The notes under the pieces were generated by a model. That model saw only the letters and a list, made by a program, of their open reading frames with translations, made no database searches and was not told the origin of the DNA. A stretch of DNA of 64,000 nucleotides from contig JAZDCY010000042.1 of assembly GCA_036679645.1 (NCBI GenBank), positions 116,992 through 180,991 of the forward strand. Direction: 5' to 3'. Source of the stretch: Gemmatimonadota bacterium (lineage in GTDB: Bacteria; Gemmatimonadota; Gemmatimonadetes; Gemmatimonadales; GWC2-71-9). Each line of letters begins with the position of its first letter. The stretch's first letter is position 1. Positions 19,444-28,679 of the stretch are shown one piece after another. The translations under genes and the position numbers were made by a program.

Positions 19444-20411
19444 GAATCTTCATTACCGGTGGCGCGGGCTTTATCGGTTCGCACCTCGCCCAGCGGCTGA
19501 TAGATGACGACCATCGCGTCATCGCCCTAGATGACCTCTCCACCGGACAGATGGAGAATATCGAGCACCTCATCGGCAACGACCGCTTCGACTACCGCAT
19601 CGGGTCGGTGCGAGACGCGCCGCTCGTAGCCGAGCTCGTCGACCGGTGCGACCTCACGGTGCACCTAGCGGCGGCGGTTGGGGTTCGACTCATCATCGAG
19701 CGCCCGGTCCACACCATCGAGACGAATGTGCACGGAACCGAGATCGTCCTCGAGGCAGTCGCGCGCAAGCAGAAGCCGATCCTGATTGCCTCCACGTCGG
19801 AGGTGTACGGCAAAGCCGCATCGCCGTTCGTGGAGGAGGCGGATCTCGTCCTCGGCCCCACGTCCCACAGCCGTTGGGCCTATGCGTGCTCGAAAGCGCT
19901 CGACGAGTGGCTCGCGTTGGCATACGCGCGAGAGAAGGGCGTCCCTGTGGTGATCGCCCGGCTCTTCAATACGGTCGGCCCCCGGCAAACCGGGCGCTAC
20001 GGGATGGTGCTACCCACCTTCGTATCGCAGGCGCTACGGGGCGACCCAGTTACCGTCTTCGGGACCGGAGAGCAATCGCGCTGTTTCGGGCACGTCCGCG
20101 ACGCGACCGAAGCGATGGTCCGGCTCATGGAGCACGCGTCTACCACCGGCGAAGTGTTCAACGTAGGGACCGACCAAGAGGTCACGATCAATCGTCTGGC
20201 GGAAATGGTCGTCTCGGCCACGGGAAGCCGGTCGGAGGTCGTTCATATCCCGTACGACGAAGCTTATGCCGAGGGCTTCGAAGACATGCACCGGCGCGTT
20301 CCGGACGTCGCTAAGCTCGAGCGCATGACCGGCTTTCGTCCGCGCATCCCCCTGGAGCAAATCATCGAGGACGTGGTTGTGCACCAACGAGCCGTTGCGG
20401 CACGCGATTAG
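19440..20411 (+). CDS. NAD-dependent nucleotide-sugar epimerase/dehydratase
   Basis: TGGAGFIGSH, HLAAAVGV, ASTSEVYG, YACSK, RLFNTVGPRQ. Confidence 0.92.
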   Translation: MRIFITGGAGFIGSHLAQRLIDDDHRVIALDDLSTGQMENIEHLIGNDRFDYRIGSVRDAPLVAELVDRCDLTVHLAAAVGVRLIIERPVHTIETNVHGTEIVLEAVARKQKPILIASTSEVYGKAASPFVEEADLVLGPTSHSRWAYACSKALDEWLALAYAREKGVPVVIARLFNTVGPRQTGRYGMVLPTFVSQALRGDPVTVFGTGEQSRCFGHVRDATEAMVRLMEHASTTGEVFNVGTDQEVTINRLAEMVVSATGSRSEVVHIPYDEAYAEGFEDMHRRVPDVAKLERMTGFRPRIPLEQIIEDVVVHQRAVAARD

Positions 20412-20425
20412 TCCCCGATCGATCG

Positions 20426-21151
20426 ATGCGTGGAATCCTGACCTATCATTCGATAGACGAGACCGCGTCCGTCATATCCGTAGGCGCCACCGCGTTCCGC
20501 GCGCACATGCGATGGCTGGCGAACGCCGACGTAGAGGTAACGACGGTTGGAGACTTGATGAGCGCTCCAACAATCCGTAACGCCGTCGCAATCACTTTCG
20601 ACGACGCGTTCGAAAACTTCGCGACCCAGGCATGGCCCGTGCTCCGCGAATTTGGGCTGCCAGCAACCTTATTTGTCGTCACGGGTTTCGCCGGCGGTAC
20701 GAATGCATGGGAGATGTCTTCCACCCTGCCCACACTGCCGCTGCTCGACTGGGACGCCTTGGGGAAGCTCGCCGACGACGGGCTCGAGCTGGCAGCCCAT
20801 AGCGTGAGCCACCCCGACCTGCGTGTAGTGTCGGATGCCGCCCTGAACGACGAAGTGGTCGGATCGGTGGAGCGCATCGAGATGGAGACCGGTCGACGGC
20901 CCATCGGGTTCGCCTTCCCCTACGGCGCGTGCGACCGGCGGGTGGTCGACGCCGTCCAGGGTGCATGTGGGTGGGCGTGCACCACTGTCCTGCGACCGCT
21001 GGGACGAAACGAAGATCGTCACCGTCTGCCGCGGCTGGACGCGTACTATCTCCGTCGGCCCGGGCGGCTCGAAACATGGGGACCGCGACTGCAACGCTAC
21101 CTCCGGTTGCGCGCCGTTGGCCGCCAAGTCCGCCAGGCGTTCAGGTCCTAG
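20426..21151 (+). CDS. Polysaccharide deacetylase (CE4/NodB homology)
   Basis: ILTYHSI, ITFDDA, AHSVSHPDL, FAFPYG. Confidence 0.9.
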   Translation: MRGILTYHSIDETASVISVGATAFRAHMRWLANADVEVTTVGDLMSAPTIRNAVAITFDDAFENFATQAWPVLREFGLPATLFVVTGFAGGTNAWEMSSTLPTLPLLDWDALGKLADDGLELAAHSVSHPDLRVVSDAALNDEVVGSVERIEMETGRRPIGFAFPYGACDRRVVDAVQGACGWACTTVLRPLGRNEDRHRLPRLDAYYLRRPGRLETWGPRLQRYLRLRAVGRQVRQAFRS

Positions 21152-21161
21152 GTGTCACCCC

Positions 21162-22157
21162 GTGACCAACGTGCCGTACGTCTGCCCACGTTGCCGCGGC
21201 CCGCTCGATGCCTCGGTCGACCTCTATGGCTGCGGCCAGTGCGACACGACGTACCCCATCATCGCCGGTATCCCCGACTTCCGAGTGACGGCCGATCCAT
21301 GGCTCGACTTCGAGGGCGATCGGGACAAGGCGATCCGGCTGCACTCGGTGACGGCCAATCTCAGTTTTGAGGAGAGCGTTCGCGCCTATTGGGACATGAC
21401 CCCGAGCACACCTCGATGGTTGGCCGACCGCTTCGTCGGTCATGTGACGCGAGCGCAGCAACGGTCGGCCGAATGGCTCGACACGCTGGATGTGAGGGGC
21501 GACATCTCGGATCGCCTCACGTTGGACCTGGGGTGCGGGACGGGCGATCTGCTGGCGGCATGCGCCGTCCGAGCCGAGCGGGCGATCGGTATCGACATCG
21601 CACTCCGCTGGCTCGTCGTCGCGCGCCGTCGGCCGGAACTCCAAAACGACAACAACGCCCTGGTGTGCTGCAACGCTGAGCACCTGCCTTTTCCGCAGAA
21701 CACGTTCTCGCGAGTGACTGCGTTGGGTTTGCTCGAGCATTGCACCCACCCCGAGCCTGTGTGCCGCGAGGCGTTTCGGGTGCTGAGGCCAGACGGTCGG
21801 ATGCACGTGCGCACGGTCAACCGCTACTCGCTGCTACCGGAACCGCATGTGCAGCTGTGGGGAGTCGGATTCCTTCCGCGACGACTAGCCCCTGCATACG
21901 TCGAGCTGCGGACTGGAGGCCCCTATGAGCACCACCGTACCCTGTCCGCCAGAGAGCTTCGCCATGCATTCTGCGGCGCCGGTTTTCGAAACGTGTCCGC
22001 GCGCGCGGCGATCGTATTGCCTGCGGAGGGAAGCCAGATGGGAACGGTTGGCCAGTCGATGATTCCTGTGTACGCCGCGCTGCGCCGGTTTCCCATTGTG
22101 CGCGCCGTGGTCGCGTGGATCGCACCGCTCGTCGAGTGCTCGGGGGAGGTCGCGTGA
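21162..22157 (+). CDS. Class I SAM methyltransferase with N-terminal Trm112-like zinc ribbon
   Basis: CPRC...CGQC..YPIIAGIPDF; LDLGCGTG; AEHLPF; LEH; GTG start inferred. Confidence 0.85.
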   Translation: MTNVPYVCPRCRGPLDASVDLYGCGQCDTTYPIIAGIPDFRVTADPWLDFEGDRDKAIRLHSVTANLSFEESVRAYWDMTPSTPRWLADRFVGHVTRAQQRSAEWLDTLDVRGDISDRLTLDLGCGTGDLLAACAVRAERAIGIDIALRWLVVARRRPELQNDNNALVCCNAEHLPFPQNTFSRVTALGLLEHCTHPEPVCREAFRVLRPDGRMHVRTVNRYSLLPEPHVQLWGVGFLPRRLAPAYVELRTGGPYEHHRTLSARELRHAFCGAGFRNVSARAAIVLPAEGSQMGTVGQSMIPVYAALRRFPIVRAVVAWIAPLVECSGEVA

Positions 22158-22930
22158 GCCTGCCACCGATCTTCAGCCCGGAGTACTACACGTATTGGCG
22201 TCGGTTCGAAGCTGCTTCGTGGTGGAGCGCGGGTATGCGCGACGTCGCGACGATGCTGCTGTCGCGCGTACCACTACCGGATGAGGGCCACGCGCTCGAC
22301 GTCGGCTGCGGATCAGGACAGGGCATGTTCTGGTTTTGCGAGTTGCACCCGCGATGGCACGTCGCGGGTCTCGATCTCGGTGACGATGGCCTCCGCGCCG
22401 CGCGTAGTGGCGGCCTGGAAGGCATCCTGAAGGCGACGGCGACCGCACTCCCGTGTCCGGCACGGAGCGCGGACGTGATAATTACGCTCGACGTGCTCCA
22501 ACACCTCCCACTCGACGGCGGTGACGAAGTCGCCCTTCGCGAAATGCACCGCGTGCTCAAGCCCGGCGGAGTCCTGCTCATCCGGACCAACGCGCAAGCG
22601 TTCCCCAAGCGGCCGGACGACATTGAGGCACAATGGCATCGATACGCACCAGACGAACTCTGCGCGAAACTCGAGCGGACGGGATTCGAGATCCTCCGGC
22701 TCAGTAGGGTCAATGCACTCCTCGGTCTGGCCGAGATTCCCCGCGATCTCCGCCGCCGATCGGCAAGCAGCCACTCATCGTACGAAGTCGTGCATTCCAC
22801 CCCGAAGGCGCAATGGCGGTGGCCCGCCAAGATCAAGCGTGGATGGCTCCGGTTCGAAGGGCGCGCGGTCTGCGCCGGTGTCCGGCTTCCCTTCGGTCGA
22901 TCACTCGTTGCCCTCTGTCAGGCCAGGTAA
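22154..22930 (+). CDS. Class I SAM methyltransferase
   Basis: LDVGCGSG, LDVLQH, RVLKPGG; GTGA overlap. Confidence 0.88.
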   Translation: MSLPPIFSPEYYTYWRRFEAASWWSAGMRDVATMLLSRVPLPDEGHALDVGCGSGQGMFWFCELHPRWHVAGLDLGDDGLRAARSGGLEGILKATATALPCPARSADVIITLDVLQHLPLDGGDEVALREMHRVLKPGGVLLIRTNAQAFPKRPDDIEAQWHRYAPDELCAKLERTGFEILRLSRVNALLGLAEIPRDLRRRSASSHSSYEVVHSTPKAQWRWPAKIKRGWLRFEGRAVCAGVRLPFGRSLVALCQAR

Positions 22931-22970
22931 TCACAATGCGACGCAGACACACGCATTCCGGAACGCACGC

Positions 22971-24077
22971 ATGCGCACCGCGTTAGTTGGGCTCGGCAAC
23001 GCCGGGTTCGATTTGCATCTGCCAGCGCTCGCAGCACTTCCGAATGCTGAAATCGTCGGAGCCTGCGATCTCGATGCCGACCGCCGTCGGCGCGCCGCCG
23101 AGCGGTGGGGAATCGCGGTCTTCGACGACCTGGACCTCATGCTGTCCGAGACGGCGCCGGAGGTTGTCATCGTCGCGACACCGCCGGACCACCACGCCGA
23201 TCACTGCGCCCGGACGTTCGCAGCGGGCGCAGACGTGATCTGTGAGAAACCCTTGGCGCCGTCACTGGCGCAAGCTGACGAGATCCTTGCCGCTGCCGCG
23301 ACGGCCGGTCGGCGCATCGCCGTGAACCACGAGTTCCGCGAAATGTGTATCATGCGCGCGGTTCGGGATCGGATCGGCCAGCCCGGCGTTGGCCCGCTGC
23401 GTTTCGTCCAAATCTGGCAGAACATGAACCTCCCGCCGTGGGACGAGCCCGGCTGGCGTGGGGAGTTAATGCAAGGGGTGCTCTTCGAGGCGGGCATACA
23501 TCTCGTGGATCTTGCCTTGGCGCTATTCGACGAGCGGCCGGTGGCGGTGTCCGCCACCGTCTCGACGGGCGGGACTCGCCCTGAGAAAACCGACGCTATC
23601 GCGGTCGCCACGCTCGAGTTCTCGGACGGACGGTTGGCGAACGTCCTGCAGAACCGTCTCTGCCGCGGCGACACGCAATATTTCGAGGTCCGAGCGGACA
23701 CGGAGGAAGCATCGCTTCGCGCGTCCTTCGGCGGGCGAGCCCGGCTCAGCGTCGGCCTCTTCCATAGCACCGCCCCGCACGCACGGATCGAGTACGGACC
23801 GGCCGGTATCGCGTGGGGCGAACAGGGGGGACATCGGACGATGATCGCCCGCAACCCGCGCGACGCGGGCATGGTCGCAACTCGACGTCTCCTGGAAAAA
23901 ACGCTCGACGGCTTCCGGACCGGCGCTGCCGTGCCGGCCGACGGCCAGGCCGGGAAGGAAAGCCTGGAGGTCGTCGCGGCGTGTTACCACGCGGCAAAAA
24001 CGGGTCGGCGGGTGGACCTGCACGGGGATGACCTTGCGCAGATCCGCTCCGTCCCCATCAGCCAGATGATTGGGTGA
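22971..24077 (+). CDS. Gfo/Idh/MocA oxidoreductase
   Basis: LVGLGNAG, VATPPDHH, VICEKP, FEAGIHLVD. Confidence 0.9.
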   Translation: MRTALVGLGNAGFDLHLPALAALPNAEIVGACDLDADRRRRAAERWGIAVFDDLDLMLSETAPEVVIVATPPDHHADHCARTFAAGADVICEKPLAPSLAQADEILAAAATAGRRIAVNHEFREMCIMRAVRDRIGQPGVGPLRFVQIWQNMNLPPWDEPGWRGELMQGVLFEAGIHLVDLALALFDERPVAVSATVSTGGTRPEKTDAIAVATLEFSDGRLANVLQNRLCRGDTQYFEVRADTEEASLRASFGGRARLSVGLFHSTAPHARIEYGPAGIAWGEQGGHRTMIARNPRDAGMVATRRLLEKTLDGFRTGAAVPADGQAGKESLEVVAACYHAAKTGRRVDLHGDDLAQIRSVPISQMIG

Positions 24078-24224
24078 CCGAGCGCGCAACCAGACCGCCA
24101 CGGCGAAGCCGCGATGTTGCGCGCGTGCAACACATACGGGTCAGGCAGCTAACTGTTGGCATAAGCGCAGCCATCTTAGAGGAAAATGAGACCCCACCGG
24201 CACAGGTGCGTCGGTCGCGCTCTC

Positions 24225-25187
24225 CTAGACCGGTTCGCCCCGACCGTCTGACAACGGGTGTTTCGGCTCGTAGAGCATGTCGAGCACCAACGCCACCAAT
24301 AGACACTGCACACCAATGATGATCGGCAGTGCGGCGACAAACACCGTTCCCGCGGTCGCGGCGGTCGCCGTCGTGGACGAGTGCCACCAGCGAATCCCCC
24401 CGAACACGACGCCAAACGTCACCGCAGGAACCCCAACCAGCACACACAGTGTCAGGACGTTGAAGTCTCGAAGGACGTAGCGCCAGATGAATCGGCGTAG
24501 CAGGCCTCGGACCTGCAGAGCCGGGAATTGCAGCAGGGTCCTGACGATGCTGAGCGAGCTGCCTTCGTCCGCGTAGCGCGCGGGGAGCGGGACGTCGCAA
24601 ACTACCGCGCCGAGGATGTTCAGCTCGATGAGCATGCTTGTCTCGAAGAAGTAGCGACGCTGAACACGCTGCACTTCGAGCTGGCGCAGCACCGCGCTGC
24701 GGATCGCCGTGAACCCATTGGTGGGATCCAACAACGACCAGTAGCCAGAGACGAGTTTCGTGAGGAACGACAGAATGCCATTCCCGATCAGGCGGACCCG
24801 CGGCATCGTGCGGAGGGCCCCGAAGTCCCAGAACCGATTTCCTTTCGCGTAGTCCGCTCTTCCATCCAGGAGGGGAGCTACGAGCAAGGGCAGATCGCTC
24901 CCCGCCATCTGCCCGTCTCCATCCATCTTGACGCAGATGTCTGCACCGCGCGCCATGGCGGCTTCGTAGCCCGTGAGGGCCGCCGCCCCGACCCCTCTGT
25001 TGCGCTCGTGGAACACGCTCACGACACGGGGGTCGTCGATGCGATCCAGCGCCCCCCGCGAACCATCCCGGCTCCCGTCGTCAACGAGAACGATCGTCCG
25101 CACCATCGAGGGGATCCCCGCGACCACCTCGGCGATATGTCGCTCCACGTTGAAGCACGGGATCACCACGGCGATGTGCATGCTCAC
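24225..25187 (-). CDS. GT2 polyprenyl-phosphate glycosyltransferase (DPM1/GtrB-like)
   Basis: VVIPCFN, VDDGSRD, NRGVG, KMDGDGQ, KGNRF, DPTNGF, two C-terminal TMs. Confidence 0.9.
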   Translation of the reverse strand: MSMHIAVVIPCFNVERHIAEVVAGIPSMVRTIVLVDDGSRDGSRGALDRIDDPRVVSVFHERNRGVGAAALTGYEAAMARGADICVKMDGDGQMAGSDLPLLVAPLLDGRADYAKGNRFWDFGALRTMPRVRLIGNGILSFLTKLVSGYWSLLDPTNGFTAIRSAVLRQLEVQRVQRRYFFETSMLIELNILGAVVCDVPLPARYADEGSSLSIVRTLLQFPALQVRGLLRRFIWRYVLRDFNVLTLCVLVGVPAVTFGVVFGGIRWWHSSTTATAATAGTVFVAALPIIIGVQCLLVALVLDMLYEPKHPLSDGRGEPV

Positions 25188-26647
25188 GGGGGACTCACGT
25201 AGACGCGTACCATCCCGTCTCCGATCGTGCCAGGGAACTCGCGCGCCACGTCATACTCGTCGTGAACGTGGCGATGGAGTGCCGAGTCGTGCACGGCCAG
25301 GAGCCGCTCCAGCGTTGTCACGAGCCACAAGCGCTCGTGGGAACCCTCGAGGGCCACGAGATCGTCCAAGGTTTCGACTTGCATGAAGGGCAAGCCATAG
25401 TCGCCTAGCACGTGGCCCGCAAGATGAACACCGACTCTTGCGTCCCCCGGTGCGGCCAACGAATCAACGGCGGCGGCAGCGCCGAGGAAATCCTGTTTGG
25501 GGTACCGGTAGTAACGCGGGAGGGGGGCCGCCGACACGATCACCACCACAAACAGTGCAATTGCAGTCACGAGCCGCGTGGCGCTCTCGCGCACCGGCAG
25601 GCGCTCGGCGGCCGCCCGGACCACCAGGAACGCACCCATCCCGCCTACGAGATACACGACAGGCAGGGCCGTCGCAAAATACCTGGGGTGTATTCCCGCA
25701 CCGGAGAGCACGAGCGCTACGCCCTGCACGATGACCGGCGCAATGAGCACCAGCATGACAAGGATTCGCCTGCGCAGCCACCACACGAGACCGATCATGC
25801 CGATCGTCGATGCCATCGCCAACCCCAGGACTCCGCCGAACGCCGCACTCAGTCCCTCGAACACCTCGGCGACCAGCCAAAGGCCGATACGCGGACCCTC
25901 TACCGGGCTCGCGATGTTCGCCCGGGTGTACGCAAGCAGCGAGCCGAGAAACGGCAGGTAGAGCAATACGGTCGCGACCGCCGCGGCTGCTGCACTCGTG
26001 ACAAAAGGTAGGGTCGGCACGTTCACGTCCGCGCGTCGCGCTCGCTTCAGGAGCACGGCCCCGAGAACGACAACCGCATGTCCACCAACGACAAAAACGC
26101 CGAGGACATTCGCATACGCTGCCAGCGCTCCGACGACGGCGTACGCCACCCACGGAGCGCGGGATTCGGGCCGTTGCCACGCCCTCAGCAAGAGGTGGGA
26201 CGCTAACAGGTACAGGAAAATGAGGGCCGTGTAACCGCGGGCGTTTTGCGAGAAGAAGATGTGATGGTACGAGAGCGCGAACAGTCCAGTTGCAAAGAGC
26301 GCCGCACGCGGCTGAAGCGTGTGCTCTACCAACCGGTAGAGCACCCACACCCCTGCCACACCGAAGATCACCGCGGGCAGCCGTATGCCGATAGGGCTCT
26401 CGCCAGAGACCAGGTACCCCACGTGGGCGAGGACCTCGTAGAGCACATGGGTCGTCGTACCGGGCCACTCGGTGAGGATTGCGCCAGTCGACCGACGGAT
26501 ACTGTTGAGCGCCGACATCTCGTCGAGCCACAGCTGGCTCCCGACTCGCACGAGCCGCAAGACGCCCGCGACCACAATGATCGCGACCAGCCAGATACCC
26601 ACACCGCGGACTTCTGCCGACTCGGCCTGCGACTTGGGCTGCGTCAT
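25184..26647 (-). CDS. GT-C fold glycosyltransferase (GT39/PMT-like)
   Basis: LRL..G.QLWLDE, RLPAVIFG, SQNARGY; multi-TM; ATG 26647 inferred. Confidence 0.85.
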   Translation of the reverse strand: MTQPKSQAESAEVRGVGIWLVAIIVVAGVLRLVRVGSQLWLDEMSALNSIRRSTGAILTEWPGTTTHVLYEVLAHVGYLVSGESPIGIRLPAVIFGVAGVWVLYRLVEHTLQPRAALFATGLFALSYHHIFFSQNARGYTALIFLYLLASHLLLRAWQRPESRAPWVAYAVVGALAAYANVLGVFVVGGHAVVVLGAVLLKRARRADVNVPTLPFVTSAAAAAVATVLLYLPFLGSLLAYTRANIASPVEGPRIGLWLVAEVFEGLSAAFGGVLGLAMASTIGMIGLVWWLRRRILVMLVLIAPVIVQGVALVLSGAGIHPRYFATALPVVYLVGGMGAFLVVRAAAERLPVRESATRLVTAIALFVVVIVSAAPLPRYYRYPKQDFLGAAAAVDSLAAPGDARVGVHLAGHVLGDYGLPFMQVETLDDLVALEGSHERLWLVTTLERLLAVHDSALHRHVHDEYDVAREFPGTIGDGMVRVYVSPP

Positions 26648-26724
26648 CAATGGGCCTGTTGAACGGCGTTCATGTACTCTCGAGGATTGCGATACTCCGA
26701 CGGTTGCGCTGAGGGGCGGGGGGC

Positions 26725-26738
26725 GCAAATACTACGCC
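26725..26738 (-). promoter_or_regulatory. Candidate sigma54 -24/-12 promoter
   Basis: Minus strand TGGCGTAGTATTTGC (GG-N10-GC with TTGC), upstream of the GT-C gene. Confidence 0.55.
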
Positions 26739-26828
26739 ACAGGCAGCAGGGCCGGTCCCGCGCTAGAACGCTGGTCCGAAAAATGCGCCCGCCTACCAAG
26801 GACCTTTCAACTCGGAATTGTCAGAATA

Positions 26829-27140
26829 GTGACTACGTCGCGGGAAGAAGAAGAACAGGAAGCGCTCCACCGGGCGATTCGTCGCCTGAACGCGAGGGCG
26901 TGGGGGATCGCCATGGGCCTCCTCATGGGCGGTGGATTGTTTGTCGCGACGAATGTCCTTGTGCTGCGGGGAGGTAGGAACGTCGGGCAGCACCTGAGCC
27001 TCCTCTCCATCTATTTCCCCGGATACCGCGTCACGTTTCTCGGGAGCCTGGTCGGGTTTGTCTACGCGTTCGTGATCGGCTACGCGCTGGGACGCCTTAT
27101 CGGGACCCTGTACAACCGGCTGGTCGGACCGTCCGCCTGA
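26829..27140 (+). CDS. Small membrane protein, paralog of 12712-13077
   Basis: LNARAWGIAMG...LSLLSIYFPGYRVTFLGSLVGFVYAFVIGYALG...YN; GTG start inferred. Confidence 0.75.
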   Translation: MTTSREEEEQEALHRAIRRLNARAWGIAMGLLMGGGLFVATNVLVLRGGRNVGQHLSLLSIYFPGYRVTFLGSLVGFVYAFVIGYALGRLIGTLYNRLVGPSA

Positions 27141-27242
27141 AGACCGACAACGCAGTGCCGATGCCGTTCGTCGACACTCTCCAGACCCGGCCGCCAAGTT
27201 CCTCCACGTCACGTTCAAGACGGAGGATGGCGCACTCCGTAC

Positions 27243-28241
27243 CTAGACCACGTGCGCCTTCTGCTGCTTCCTAGCGTAGTACTGATCTTTGATCCACGCA
27301 TATGTCGGCACCAGTCCCTCACGGAGCTTCGTGCTGGGCGCCCATCCCAGCAGGTCGAGGATCATCGAATTGTCGCTGTTCCGGCCGTTCACGCCCTTTG
27401 GGGCGTCGAGGTTGTAGCGACGCCCGACCTCGATGCCGGCAATGTCGGCGATTATTTTCGCGAGACCGTTGATGGTGACCAACTCATCCGACCCGAGGTT
27501 GATGGGCTCTCCGATGTCACTGTCCATGATCCTGAGGATGCCCTCGATACAGTCATCGATGTACATGAAGCTCCGGGTTTGTTCTCCGTCGCCCCAGATC
27601 TCGATGTTGCGATCTCCAGTGTCCTTCGCCTGAATGATCTTTCGGCAGAGCGCAGCAGGGGCCTTTTCTCGCCCTCCATCCCACGTTCCATGGGGCCCAT
27701 AGACGTTGTGGAAACGGGCCACACGCGTGTGCATGCCAAAATCCTCGCGGAAATGCCGACACATGCGCTCTGAAAAGAGCTTCTCCCAACCATAGCCGTC
27801 CTCGGGCATGGCGGGGTACGCGTCTGATTCCTTGAGCGGCTTGACGTTGGGATCCATCTGCTTTTCGGCGGCGTAGACACACGCCGACGAGGAATAGAAA
27901 TACCGCTGTGCATCGGCGTCTCGGCTGGCCATTAGCATGTGCGTGTTGATGAGCACCGAGATCATGCAGAGGGCTTTGTTGCTCTCGATGAACCCCATGC
28001 CGCCCATGTCGCAGGCGAGGGTGTAGACGTCCGACGCCCCCTTCGTGGCTTGACGACATGCGTCGAGGTCGCGCAGATCGAGTTGGAGGTTTTCCGCATC
28101 CGGAAGCACCTGATACCACTGCTCAAACGGCTTGATGTCGATGCTTCGCACGTTCGCTCCAGCCTTCAGGAGGGCACCCACCAGATGTCCACCGATGAAC
28201 CCACCTCCTCCTCCGACAACCACCAGGTCGTTTGCTTCCAT
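27243..28241 (-). CDS. GDP-mannose 3,5-epimerase-like NAD-dependent epimerase
   Basis: GGGGFIG, LACDMGGMGFI, YSSSACVY, YGWEKL, GTWDGGREKAPAALCRK, EIWGDGEQTRSF, GVNGRNSDN match GME signature segments. Confidence 0.85.
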   Translation of the reverse strand: MEANDLVVVGGGGGFIGGHLVGALLKAGANVRSIDIKPFEQWYQVLPDAENLQLDLRDLDACRQATKGASDVYTLACDMGGMGFIESNKALCMISVLINTHMLMASRDADAQRYFYSSSACVYAAEKQMDPNVKPLKESDAYPAMPEDGYGWEKLFSERMCRHFREDFGMHTRVARFHNVYGPHGTWDGGREKAPAALCRKIIQAKDTGDRNIEIWGDGEQTRSFMYIDDCIEGILRIMDSDIGEPINLGSDELVTINGLAKIIADIAGIEVGRRYNLDAPKGVNGRNSDNSMILDLLGWAPSTKLREGLVPTYAWIKDQYYARKQQKAHVV

Positions 28242-28388
28242 GCGGCCTCGCCCTACCGGTTTGGGCCTGTTGAAAGACGATCTCGCGGCCCCGGGCGGGC
28301 CACGTCAATCCGATTCGCAAGTCGCGTTCCACTCATCGAGCCGCCCATACGCCCGCTCGGCAGATGGACCAGGGCCGTGACCGAGTGT

Positions 28389-28402
28389 GGAACAGAACTT
28401 GC
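28389..28402 (+). promoter_or_regulatory. Candidate sigma54 promoter
   Basis: TGGAACAGAACTTGCT; the 14-nt core is identical to 33177-33190. Confidence 0.55.
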
Positions 28403-28679
28403 TTTTTCGCGCCCGGCAACTCGTTGTGGATTAGGCATTTGGGTGCGGTTCGGGTTTGTTGGGGTACTCTACCTCCAGTCGAAGCGACGCCCGCCGGTAA
28501 TCATCAGCTCTCCCACGAACCTGCTCGATGCACCGCGGTCCACTCGCGGGAGCGATCAGCACAGGCGGGCGGACCACGACTAACCCGGGGGCACTTGCCG
28601 GCTCTCAAGGTCGACCCGCGGTGTTCGTGCGCGCTCGCAGCAAGACAGTCGAGAACGGAACTTGCCTCTCGAGAATACC

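Noticed and set aside
28652..28665. AGAACGGAACTTGC, a near copy of the sigma54-like motif
   Set aside because: Lacks the essential GG at -24; not called a promoter
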